64,000 nucleotides of DNA, taken from positions 119,649 to 183,648 of the IMG/VR virus record IMGVR_UViG_3300017987_000005. The stretch is one strand, 5' to 3'. Below are positions 48,053-56,539 of this stretch, piece by piece. The notes beneath the pieces are model-generated. The model was not told the origin of the DNA. It ran no database searches and saw nothing but the letters and a program-made list of their open reading frames with translations. Numbering within the stretch: the stretch's first letter is position 1; every line of letters starts with the position of its first letter. This DNA is from a virus. The position numbers and the translations under genes are program-made.

Positions 48053-48312
48053 CTGTTCTGATTAACAACTGACCACGCCTGGGCAATAGCGCTACCCTCG
48101 CAGTCACTCGTATTCCCGCCATCGGCAATACAACTGTCGTAAGCGCTATTAAATACATTCACCCATATCTCACGAAGACGCTGAGATAATGCTTGGACAT
48201 TATCCGGAAGGTCGGGGTCATCAGGACCACTGTACGGTTTAATCACGTCCAATGGTCCCCCCTCAGAGACTTCCTTTTCTTCTTTTTTAAGTATTCCTTT
48301 GAACTTAGCCAT
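48049..48312 (-). CDS. ChaB family protein
   Basis: LPDNVQ.L....EIW..VFNSAY...A...AW..V. Confidence 0.75.
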   Translation of the reverse strand: MAKFKGILKKEEKEVSEGGPLDVIKPYSGPDDPDLPDNVQALSQRLREIWVNVFNSAYDSCIADGGNTSDCEGSAIAQAWSVVNQNR

Positions 48313-48506
48313 GCTATGTTCTCCTCAGTATTACATTCGTAACAGAGAAAATCCCCGTTCTCCGCGTACCATCCATATCTATCAAGACTTCCCTGCATAT
48401 CATCAATATTAAGCAGGAGTTTTCCAGTGCAACGGCACTTATCGCAAACTAAAGTTACATGAACTTTATAATCTTCACCGAATATCCCTTCCATTTGGTC
48501 GCTCAT
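48305..48506 (-). CDS. small Zn-binding protein
   Basis: CDKC...GW...LCYEC; boundaries uncertain (ORF track frame 48243-48572). Confidence 0.4.
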
Positions 48507-48681
48507 TAGGCTTATCCTTATCAAAAGCTTGAGGATAATCCCGCCTGAGCACTTCAAGCTCTGCTGTACCAACTAGGCGATGTCCCGAGCACGGCTTACG
48601 ATGTCCACAATTCGGACACGGAACTTTCCCAGTCTTCCCCGTGAATACTTTTTTACAGTATCGGCAGATGAAATGTTTCAT
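48475..48681 (-). CDS. Zn-ribbon protein
   Basis: CRYC, CPNC. Confidence 0.55.
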   Translation of the reverse strand: MKHFICRYCKKVFTGKTGKVPCPNCGHRKPCSGHRLVGTAELEVLRRDYPQAFDKDKPNERPNGRDIR

Positions 48682-48823
48682 TTTTCAACGTACTCTCTGT
48701 TATCGCCTTTCCTCGGATTCTCGGGTTTACGCGCGGCATCTATGGCGCGCTTACATGTCCCGCACATATCCTTACCTTCAAACGTTATCAGAGTATCCGT
48801 TTCTTTTCCACAAATCTCACATT

Positions 48824-49177
48824 TCATTTTGGCGGCTCCTTCAATTCATTAACGTGCATACGAATCAGGGTGAGAAACTCTCCCTCGTGATGTAACTTCA
48901 CGAGATAGTTATTCCCGTCCTTTACAACATAAACCTGCCCGACCATGTAAAACTCCATGTTAAAATATCGGGCAACAACTTTCCTTACTTTTTTTGAGAG
49001 AGTATCGCGTACTCCCTTCTTCTCGATATTTTTCCCCTTAAGCCAATGAACACATTCGCTCAAATCCGATTGAAATTTGTCGAACTGTTCCTTAGCAGCG
49101 CCCTCCTCTCCGACGAACGGCTCCTGCTCAACAATATCGAGTGCTTCACTTATCTCAACTCTCTTCTCCTCCATCAC
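48824..49177 (-). CDS. hypothetical protein
   Basis: Packed ORF. Confidence 0.6.
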   Translation of the reverse strand: MMEEKRVEISEALDIVEQEPFVGEEGAAKEQFDKFQSDLSECVHWLKGKNIEKKGVRDTLSKKVRKVVARYFNMEFYMVGQVYVVKDGNNYLVKLHHEGEFLTLIRMHVNELKEPPK

Positions 49178-49178
49178 A

Positions 49179-49463
49179 CTACGCCTTTGCGTAATACTTG
49201 CTCAGATGGAGGCTCCCACCGTTCCTGGGGTCCTTTGATACGGGGACTTTCCCTACGGCGTACGAATTTTTATCTCGCCCCTTCCCCTTTTGCTTCTTAA
49301 GAGAATCTACTCCACACGCTTCACGAAGCTCGGCAATACGTGCAGATTCGCTCTGAGTAATCGGTATCTTAAACTTGATATAAAACTGACCACCTGTCTC
49401 ATCAACTCCGGTACAATCCTTACCGACAAGGTTTTTAGCTCTGCGTAAACTCATTCCTGGCAT
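49179..49463 (-). CDS. hypothetical basic protein
   Basis: MPGMS start after AGGAG. Confidence 0.55.
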   Translation of the reverse strand: MPGMSLRRAKNLVGKDCTGVDETGGQFYIKFKIPITQSESARIAELREACGVDSLKKQKGKGRDKNSYAVGKVPVSKDPRNGGSLHLSKYYAKA

Positions 49464-49975
49464 GCTTCTTCTCCTTTTAACCAGTCCCAACATTTATAAG
49501 TAACGATATCTGAGACGTGGCTTTTTTCCAGTCCCCATATCTTCGCAATTTCAACATTCGAATGTCCCTGTTTATGCATCAGGCGTATCTTTATAATATC
49601 ATCTGCGGACAGCTTGCTATTCGGGTTCTTCTCTCCCCTGATGTGCGTTCCGTGACGAAATTTATCTTTTGAGTTCTCACTGCGCGTTCCCCACGTCAAG
49701 TTAGTGCGGTAGTTATTCAGTTTATTCCCGTCAAGATGCCGCGCTTCCATTCCCTCCGGTCGAGGTCCTTCATAAGCTTCTAATACAAGTCTGTGAACAG
49801 GGTATGTTTTCGTTTTACTGTGTTTAGAAAGAACGACATGTAAATATCCGCGACTTCCAACAGACTGCTTAAGTATCCTGAACCCGTCCTTCCGTGAAGC
49901 AATCCTTCCGAGATTGCTGACAAAATAATCGAGTCCATACCCGTCTATCGGTATCCATTCTTCTTTAGGTTTCAT
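49451..49975 (-). CDS. NUMOD4-HNH homing endonuclease
   Basis: EEWIPI.G..Y.VSNLGR, VHRLVLEA, RHLDGNKLNN...NL.WGT. Confidence 0.9.
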   Translation of the reverse strand: MKPKEEWIPIDGYGLDYFVSNLGRIASRKDGFRILKQSVGSRGYLHVVLSKHSKTKTYPVHRLVLEAYEGPRPEGMEARHLDGNKLNNYRTNLTWGTRSENSKDKFRHGTHIRGEKNPNSKLSADDIIKIRLMHKQGHSNVEIAKIWGLEKSHVSDIVTYKCWDWLKGEEACQE

Positions 49976-50150
49976 ACCCGCAATATTTTCCATATCCCGG
50001 CTGACATTCTGGATTGGACTTCGCTCGTCTGCGCTCAACGCGGACTTTGCGCTTCTTAAGGAACTTATGATACGAGTTCCCTCGTCCCCTACTGCTTCCA
50101 TCAGCCTGCTCAACTTTAGCTACTTTATCGCTCATACACATCTCCATCAT
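49965..50150 (-). CDS. small basic protein
   Basis: K/R-rich; fills the gap between the HNH genes. Confidence 0.5.
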   Translation of the reverse strand: MMEMCMSDKVAKVEQADGSSRGRGNSYHKFLKKRKVRVERRRAKSNPECQPGYGKYCGYET

Positions 50151-50236
50151 GTGCTTGTATCCAAGCTGTCGGTCGGCAAGAAAGCAGCTACCAGGGAAAA
50201 AAGCAAAGACCTGGCATCAAGAACCGCCCGACAGCG

Positions 50237-50740
50237 TTACCATGATTTCCCCAACAATATATTGCTAATCGCCTGCCGCGTAACTCCGAACATAACAGCA
50301 ACCTCACGTTGGGGCTTTGTTCTCCCTATTTTACGAATCTCATTAACATCATTTTCAGATAACTTACTATTAAAATTCAACTCTCCTTTCTGCGGAGGGC
50401 ATATCGGAGCAGTGTAAGTCCCATGAATTATCGAATCACGTATATTCTCACTATGCGTTCCCCACGTCAGATTGGTCAGCCGATTATTCTGTTGGTTTCC
50501 GTCCAAATGCCTTGCTTCCATTCCATCTGGACACGTGCCAATAAATGTCTCTAGCACTAGTCTGTGAACTTCTTTTGAGTATAGTCTTCCTCTTGCACAC
50601 AACCCTACTTTTAGATACCCGTTAGCTCCGGCATTCTGCGCTAGTATAAGTGTCCTCCCAAACTTCTGCGACCTTACCCGCCCAAAGCTACTTACACAAT
50701 AATACTCAAAATCACTAACAGTTTTCCATACTTCTTCCAT
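50237..50740 (-). CDS. NUMOD4-HNH homing endonuclease
   Basis: EVWK....Y.VSSFGRVRS, VHRLVLETF, RHLDGN..NN. Confidence 0.92.
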   Translation of the reverse strand: MEEVWKTVSDFEYYCVSSFGRVRSQKFGRTLILAQNAGANGYLKVGLCARGRLYSKEVHRLVLETFIGTCPDGMEARHLDGNQQNNRLTNLTWGTHSENIRDSIIHGTYTAPICPPQKGELNFNSKLSENDVNEIRKIGRTKPQREVAVMFGVTRQAISNILLGKSW

Positions 50741-50770
50741 ATACTAACTCTTAAAAAGAGATTGTCACCT

Positions 50771-51127
50771 TGGAGGTGGGGGGAATTGCACCCCCGTCCT
50801 GTAATGCCTCATGCATCGCGTCTACAATCATAGCCAGCGAGCGTCGTAATTTAGAAGCTAGTAACTTGTCTGGCTCATTCCTAGCGTTCGAGTCTTCGTT
50901 GGTTTCTCTGCTCTCAGACGGTAAAGACTTCCTCTTCCGAGCACAGCCGATACATTTACGTCCCTCGCTATAATATCGGCGTCATGCAGCAGGGACGGGT
51001 GCGTTTAAGCAGCCATTTTTACTGGTTTTGCATTTATCATGCTTGAGTGGATTGATGACGGGGCCAACCACTCATCCCCGGATTGCAGCTTAACAGTCTA
51101 ACATCCAGTCAAGCCTAAATCACCCCC
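50771..51127 (-). ncRNA. ssrA: tmRNA, tag (A)AKPVKMAA
   Basis: 5' GGGGGTG..GGCTTGAC; 3' GGACGGGGGTGCAATTCCCCC-CACCTCCA with G3.U; resume context ATAAAT-GCA, tag 51031-51005. Confidence 0.93.
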
Positions 51128-51146
51128 ATTTTCAAAGAACAAAATA

Positions 51147-51650
51147 TGGCAGAGGGATGAAGCTTTATACTACGGTAATCCGCACGTCACTTTCTCATCC
51201 TTCGAATGACGATTGCTCAACAATGCGCAAACACAAAGTCTCTACCAAAACGGGAACGTCCGCAGCGAGAGGGATTCTAACCCCCATCTGTCCTTTTGCC
51301 AGCTTTCATGGCTCGGCGCATCACTCCGCCCGTAAATAAATCGTGCTCCGCACACTTCCACTACGAGCCGCTCCCTAGCGGTATATCATAAGTGGCAAGG
51401 CAAGGAATACGGTACGCTATTTTCAGACGCGCGTTCGCCGATATACTAACACGCCCTACTTTTACGTGCCGGCACCTTGCATGGCAACAATGTTAACCGT
51501 GTCCATCCAGTAAACGTTCATTGCTTCAACGATTCCCTCACTTGTAGCAAGGTTCACTCCACTCCAGCTCACTGGTTAAATGGGCAATCAATAATTCCCA
51601 CCCCGGTAAGAAGTTTTTCCGTTCTGAAACTCCAAAACACTCGCCACTAA
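51147..51650 (-). ncRNA. large unassigned structured RNA (~390-500 nt) ending in CCA
   Basis: No credible ORF; GAGGGA..TGAAGC pairs with GCTTCA-TCCCTC-TGCCA; T-loop hairpin GGGGG-TTAGAAT-CCCTC; bounded by boxA motifs. Confidence 0.6.
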
Positions 51651-51664
51651 ATTTCAAAGAACAA

Positions 51665-51778
51665 ATCAGCAAGTCAGCTACGCTCCCCGTTGACAATGTA
51701 GCTGAGCCCTCACTCGGAACCCCGTTGGGCAGCAATCTTTGAATCGCACTGCTGCGAGTGTTTCGCATCTTGCTAATA
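51665..51778 (-). ncRNA. unassigned multi-branch RNA (~110 nt)
   Basis: ATTAGCAAG/CTTGCTGAT closing stem; TGCGA/TCGCA, TCAGCTAC/GTAGCTGA. Confidence 0.55.
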
Positions 51779-51784
51779 ATATCT

Positions 51785-51926
51785 GGTAGGAAGAAGGTTA
51801 TATCCGGTATCAGCTAGCTCCTTTTGCACTCCACGGTTACAGTACGCAAAGTTAAGCATGCACGAAGACGCACGCTCGCGACTCCATCCCTCCACGCACT
51901 ATAAACGCTTCCCCGGAAACTCCCTA
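51785..51926 (-). ncRNA. unassigned rod-like RNA ending in CCA
   Basis: TAGGGAG/CTTCCTA-CCA, TCCGG/CCGGA, apical GCGTGCG stem. Confidence 0.5.
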
Positions 51927-52014
51927 TGTGTTATAAAAGAACGTACCGCTGATTTGACCAGGCTGGCTCAGCGGGCGAAGCCTCGGTAAGTCCGACTACC
52001 ACTGGTAGCGGGTC

Positions 52015-52218
52015 CTATTTATCAACTAACAAACTTATTAAACTAAGGTTATTTTTTATCCGCTCTAACACGACAATATTAAAACAATGAGAATGGTATG
52101 CCTTCTGACGATAACAAGGATTTTCAGGGGCATACTTATCTACTTCAGAAACCATAGGCTCTCCTGCTTTAATACCATTAAAGCATTTAGCACACTTAAC
52201 CATCGGCTTTATCTTCAA
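52015..52218 (-). CDS. small Zn-finger protein
   Basis: CAKC...H..C. Confidence 0.55.
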   Translation of the reverse strand: MKIKPMVKCAKCFNGIKAGEPMVSEVDKYAPENPCYRQKAYHSHCFNIVVLERIKNNLSLISLLVDK

Positions 52219-52402
52219 ATATTATATTAAATTCTTTTCCGCTCATCATTCGGTACTTTATTTCTTTGTTAACAACTTCAATAAAATGCTCCATTAACTG
52301 ACAATCTTTTCGCGCTGGCCCGCCGTGACGGACGGCTGTAAACGAGTCTCCTTCTTTAACGTGAGTCAACCCAGTAACAGAAACTTCCATAATATCACTC
52401 AC
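52196..52402 (-). CDS. hypothetical protein
   Basis: Packed ORF. Confidence 0.5.
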   Translation of the reverse strand: MSDIMEVSVTGLTHVKEGDSFTAVRHGGPARKDCQLMEHFIEVVNKEIKYRMMSGKEFNIIFEDKADG

Positions 52403-53405
52403 TCTTTACAAATCCTCCTCCAGCAACTTCGTGCACATAAACGTGTCCGTCAATAACTTCTGAATAAGCTTCGCGAAGCTGAACCTTCCGCTCTGTCCCA
52501 TTATCGTAAACTGCGAAACAAGCTATCTCCCAAAATCCAATGTCCATGTACTTCTGATAGTTATTCATCCACTTGCGCTGCTTATTCTTTACGGCTGCTT
52601 CATATCCGGTGTGAAGAACATCTATACACTGGTCATCCTCACAATAATCACATCTTCCATTATGATTCTTTTTATCACTGCCGTGCGACATTCGGTCTCG
52701 CGGAACAGAAAACCATTTGCAATCAGCTATAGAAAGTATATCCGAAGTCACGTCAGAACCCATATACGAATTTCGATGATTGGACGCTTCCATATTACTC
52801 GGCTTTGGTCCCGGATTATAGTGCGGTACATGAACACGGTACTTATGCGTCCAAGTTCCGTTAGGCAACTGAATTAATCTGTTATGAAAACGAGCGTCCA
52901 ATAAGCACAAAGCTACTCCGTAATGCTTGGTGCGTATACGACGCTCGTATATATTCAGATAATTCGCGAATTTCTGATTAGCATAAATCCCTTTACGCTC
53001 CTTCTCCGAATCCCATTTTGAATACGTTGTCGCTAATCGACGTTGATTATCAACAGATTCCATTCGAAAAACATACTTGATTATTTTCGCTGTTTTCAAA
53101 GGCTCGAGTATAACGGGCGGCTCTTCAATGCTGAGATACCGCTCATCATTATGAAGCGAGCCCCCTGGGTCAAGTACACCATCAGCATCCGGAAGGTCAT
53201 CTAAAATAGCTGGGGTGTCTAAGTTGAACTCGAGTTCCTCGGTCTCAGCTACGCTTATTGCTCTCGTGTCAACACAGCCATGAGCTACAAGGAGCGATAT
53301 CGTGGCAACCATCCCGCAAAACATCCCGAACCAAAATACATGTTCCCCATTCGGCTTACGCCAGCGATACTCTCCCCACTCATTCTTTCTTCTTAATAGT
53401 CCCAT
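52395..53405 (-). CDS. membrane-anchored hypothetical protein
   Basis: N-terminal TM; 336 aa. Confidence 0.65.
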   Translation of the reverse strand: MGLLRRKNEWGEYRWRKPNGEHVFWFGMFCGMVATISLLVAHGCVDTRAISVAETEELEFNLDTPAILDDLPDADGVLDPGGSLHNDERYLSIEEPPVILEPLKTAKIIKYVFRMESVDNQRRLATTYSKWDSEKERKGIYANQKFANYLNIYERRIRTKHYGVALCLLDARFHNRLIQLPNGTWTHKYRVHVPHYNPGPKPSNMEASNHRNSYMGSDVTSDILSIADCKWFSVPRDRMSHGSDKKNHNGRCDYCEDDQCIDVLHTGYEAAVKNKQRKWMNNYQKYMDIGFWEIACFAVYDNGTERKVQLREAYSEVIDGHVYVHEVAGGGFVKSE

Positions 53406-53420
53406 ACGTGTCCCCTAAAA

Positions 53421-53990
53421 TCAGTCTTTTCCGTATGGCTTCGCTAATCCCTTTTCAAGCAATTCTTGATTGAGATTCTTCTGTCCGCTATTCGTATCGT
53501 AAAAAACAACTGCGAGCCATCGTCCATATTTCCCTTTCTTCCCTTTATACGACTCGATTACGACATCCTTGCCGAGAATCAAATCGCGAACATAATTGCG
53601 GACCTTCAACCCCTGCTCTCTTTCTTCCTTCCTTAGTTCGGGAGTATCTATCCCATACAGACGAATCGTCTGGTCCTTCATCCATATCCCGAAACCGAGG
53701 TCAATATCGACAGTAATCGTATCACCATCATAAACTTCTGCAACATGGGCGCGATACACGTAATCGGGTGTTCGCGGAGCTTCGCGCTCAACATTAGTAT
53801 CTTCAGACATCTCACTCTCCTTAATTGCAAGTGATTGCAAATCGTCTGCGTGTGCAACATCGTCACGCAAGTATAACGTATTATATCCATTAGCAAATAA
53901 CAGGACAATTAAGAATATGACTACAAAAGGTCTGCGGGTACGGGACGCGTCTCTCCCCACCCAATCCGCAAATGCTTTAATAATCCTCAT
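53421..53990 (-). CDS. membrane-anchored thermonuclease (SNase) family protein
   Basis: VYDGDTI, IRLYGIDTPE, GKYGRWLA, LN..LL..GLA. Confidence 0.92.
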   Translation of the reverse strand: MRIIKAFADWVGRDASRTRRPFVVIFLIVLLFANGYNTLYLRDDVAHADDLQSLAIKESEMSEDTNVEREAPRTPDYVYRAHVAEVYDGDTITVDIDLGFGIWMKDQTIRLYGIDTPELRKEEREQGLKVRNYVRDLILGKDVVIESYKGKKGKYGRWLAVVFYDTNSGQKNLNQELLEKGLAKPYGKD

Positions 53991-54061
53991 ATTCACTCTC
54001 CTGGAGCTGTCGCCTAAAAGCAAACCACCCCGCAAAGGGGGCGTGCATACGGAGCGTCAAC

Positions 54062-54108
54062 TTCAATATACATATTGAAATTATATCATTTAATTGTCCG
54101 AATGTCAA
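54062..54108 (-). promoter_or_regulatory. sigma70 promoter with palindromic operator at +1
   Basis: TTGACA-N17-TATAAT; TTCAATAT-N2-ATATTGAA at 54062-54079. Confidence 0.7.
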
Positions 54109-54119
54109 GAAAAAAATTA

Positions 54120-54374
54120 TTATTCCGCTAGCTCGCGGGCACGCTCCAGTTCATCAATCATGTCAGAATAGTCAATACCGGTGCGTATCAAGAAGTTTTC
54201 ATCTTTGTCATACGCTTCTAAAAAAATACCGTCAACATCAGTTGACGGTACAATACGAAGCTTAGATAAGTTATCGTGTTTGTCTGTAATGTTAATAACA
54301 ATACATCCGTCTTCCTCGAGTTCAATCTTAGTAGCTTTCCCTTTACCTAATCTGGCTTTGATAGACATTTTCAT
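54120..54374 (-). CDS. hypothetical protein
   Basis: AGGAG RBS. Confidence 0.6.
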   Translation of the reverse strand: MKMSIKARLGKGKATKIELEEDGCIVINITDKHDNLSKLRIVPSTDVDGIFLEAYDKDENFLIRTGIDYSDMIDELERARELAE

Positions 54375-54744
54375 CTCCTTGAAATTCTTCCTTACATATA
54401 TCCTCGACAGTCATACAATATTTAACATAAGCGCAATAAACTAAATGCACTTTGATTCCCAAAACAATGGTTGTGATTAAAGCAGCAAAAACCCAAGTCG
54501 TCTGGTCTTCAACAATGAAGAACGCTCCAAAAATAAGCGCGTATACAAGAAAAGCTCCGTAGAACAATATGTCCAGACGAAGAACTTTTTTAGTTAGCCG
54601 AATCGTCTTGAAGAAATCGTCATCGACGAGACCCCCACGATTCTCCGAAAAAGCTACTACTTCACTCTTCCTGCACACGCGCGTCAGGATAAAGTATATC
54701 AGCGAAATAATAATAGGCGTTATCGCTAAAAACATATACATCAT
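54343..54744 (-). CDS. three-TM membrane protein
   Basis: Hydrophobic helices. Confidence 0.6.
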   Translation of the reverse strand: MMYMFLAITPIIISLIYFILTRVCRKSEVVAFSENRGGLVDDDFFKTIRLTKKVLRLDILFYGAFLVYALIFGAFFIVEDQTTWVFAALITTIVLGIKVHLVYCAYVKYCMTVEDICKEEFQGDENVYQSQIR

Positions 54745-54746
54745 CT

Positions 54747-55415
54747 TTACCCCACTAATCCGGCAATCTTCGCTACAGAACGTGCCTCTGAAAGTTTACG
54801 ACGAATCTGGTCGCGGAGTTCGGCAATGTCCTTCTTGGCTACAAGGTCAAACTCCCCTCTGAAACGGAATCCAAGTCCATTCTCAAGTATGACATATACA
54901 AACCCTTCGTGCGGAATAAATCCTTCGACTTTAGTGTTCCCCACTTTCAGGCAATCGAGTTCTCGAGCATCCTCGATTGTCATACCTCCATTCAAATGCG
55001 CTTTGACGCGCTTCCTGGCGCGCGAGCGGTTGCTGGTACGTATCCCGAGTTCAATGGCTCTCCTGGATACAGTAGATGCGCTGCATCCGAGTTCTTCAGC
55101 AGCCTGCTCCCCGGAAAGTCCGCGCGTAATCAACAGATTGTGCAGCTTACTTTTCGATATGCTCGTACGGGGGGCACTTCTCGGTTTCCGCTTCTTACCC
55201 GATGTCTTCTTGCGTTTTGCAACTTCCTTCGGGTCCTCTTTTTTGACTTTATCAGTCAAACCCATCGCTTTAACACGGTCGTAGATTACGTGATATCCGC
55301 ACTTCAGGATAGTAGCCATCTTCCGATAACTCATCCCCTTATTAATCATACTTTTTATCACGTCATCCTTAACGTCCTTCAAAGCACCAGCTCTAATTAC
55401 TTCTTTCTTCGCCAC
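54747..55415 (-). CDS. tandem-HTH DNA-binding protein
   Basis: MSYRKMATILKC and LSGEQAAEELGCSASTVSR. Confidence 0.7.
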   Translation of the reverse strand: MAKKEVIRAGALKDVKDDVIKSMINKGMSYRKMATILKCGYHVIYDRVKAMGLTDKVKKEDPKEVAKRKKTSGKKRKPRSAPRTSISKSKLHNLLITRGLSGEQAAEELGCSASTVSRRAIELGIRTSNRSRARKRVKAHLNGGMTIEDARELDCLKVGNTKVEGFIPHEGFVYVILENGLGFRFRGEFDLVAKKDIAELRDQIRRKLSEARSVAKIAGLVG

Positions 55416-55602
55416 TCTCTAAATCCTCCAGTAATGTAAACGCTTCGCTGCCGCAGACGTTACAACGCCCGCCCCCGAATCCTTTTCCGGGCAATCGGTC
55501 ATAATTCCTCCGAACCGATGCGACAGTATCTATAAAATTGCAGTTCAAACACTGAACTACGTCAAATTTATTCGGCTTATGCCATATCTCTATTGACTTC
55601 AT
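55393..55602 (-). CDS. Zn-ribbon protein
   Basis: CLNC, CNVCGS. Confidence 0.55.
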   Translation of the reverse strand: MKSIEIWHKPNKFDVVQCLNCNFIDTVASVRRNYDRLPGKGFGGGRCNVCGSEAFTLLEDLESGEERSN

Positions 55603-56006
55603 TCAAACTTGTCGAGAGACATAAATATCTGTCTCTCAAACCCTTCCGACTTGAACCAGAGATAATCCCCGTGCTCCTTAACGGCTGACACGGTAGTCGT
55701 ATACGTCCTTCCTCCGTCATCATCAATAATGAGCATGACTATCGTCTCGTCCGGCAAACACTGAACGATGTGGTCGTTCAATCCCCACGCATCGGCTTTA
55801 CGGAAACGGTGTTTCTTCTTGAGATGCTTGATATAATGAAGATGCGAATTCACTGACTTAATCTGTCCGATATCTCTCCCCCGCGATTCTGAATGAAGCT
55901 TCAATGTTATATGTCCATAGTTGCTCACATCAATACGATTCCCCGATTTATCGGAACCGACAATAGCTGCTTTCAGCTTCATCGCATCTTCTTTTGTAAA
56001 ACTCAT
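55599..56006 (-). CDS. hypothetical protein
   Basis: GFERQIF. Confidence 0.65.
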   Translation of the reverse strand: MSFTKEDAMKLKAAIVGSDKSGNRIDVSNYGHITLKLHSESRGRDIGQIKSVNSHLHYIKHLKKKHRFRKADAWGLNDHIVQCLPDETIVMLIIDDDGGRTYTTTVSAVKEHGDYLWFKSEGFERQIFMSLDKFE

Positions 56007-56539
56007 ATCAGGTCAATCCCAAATAATCCATATCCCGGCATCCCGAGCAGTCGCGCAAGTCTCTTTATACCATCAGCTAATTTACGATTCAATCCCGCTG
56101 CTCTGGCAAATACTGGAAGGGCTTCCAAAGCGTACTCTCGGGCTTTAGTCTCCTGTCCCTGGAAAAAGAAATCTTCCGTATTCGTAATCCGGTCAACAGC
56201 TTTGACTATAACGGCTTCGTTTAATCCATTCTCTGCTAGGTCCGCTAAGAACGCTTTCTTATCCTTCTTGTCTTTATCGTCCAGCGTTACTTGAGCTACG
56301 ATGCTGGCAACGGTGTTCCCGAACATGTCGCGGATATCATCAATAGTATGGTCGGAATCCTCGACAACATCATGAACCGCCATCGCAACAAGCATCTTCT
56401 CGTTATCAATCCCGAAATTCGACATGTAGCGGACTCCGGCAGTACAATGCGTCAGATACGGTATCCCCGTAAACTTACGCGTCTGGTTATAATGCGCTTT
56501 CATCGCAAATTCGATTGCTTTTTTCAACTCTTCCATCAC
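56003..56539 (-). CDS. stand-alone HD hydrolase, SpoT/Mesh1-like
   Basis: AH..QTRK..G.PY..H, HDVVED, VK..DR..N. Confidence 0.85.
   Translation of the reverse strand: MMEELKKAIEFAMKAHYNQTRKFTGIPYLTHCTAGVRYMSNFGIDNEKMLVAMAVHDVVEDSDHTIDDIRDMFGNTVASIVAQVTLDDKDKKDKKAFLADLAENGLNEAVIVKAVDRITNTEDFFFQGQETKAREYALEALPVFARAAGLNRKLADGIKRLARLLGMPGYGLFGIDLI

Noticed and set aside
51538-51768. 76-aa ORF in the ncRNA block, and ORFs overlapping the tRNA/RNase P genes
   Set aside because: No RBS, cross boxA motifs and structured RNA; better explained as noncoding
54010-54056. c-di-GMP-I riboswitch resemblance (GCAAACC...GCAA)
   Set aside because: Only partial, on the strand opposite the gene, second stem absent
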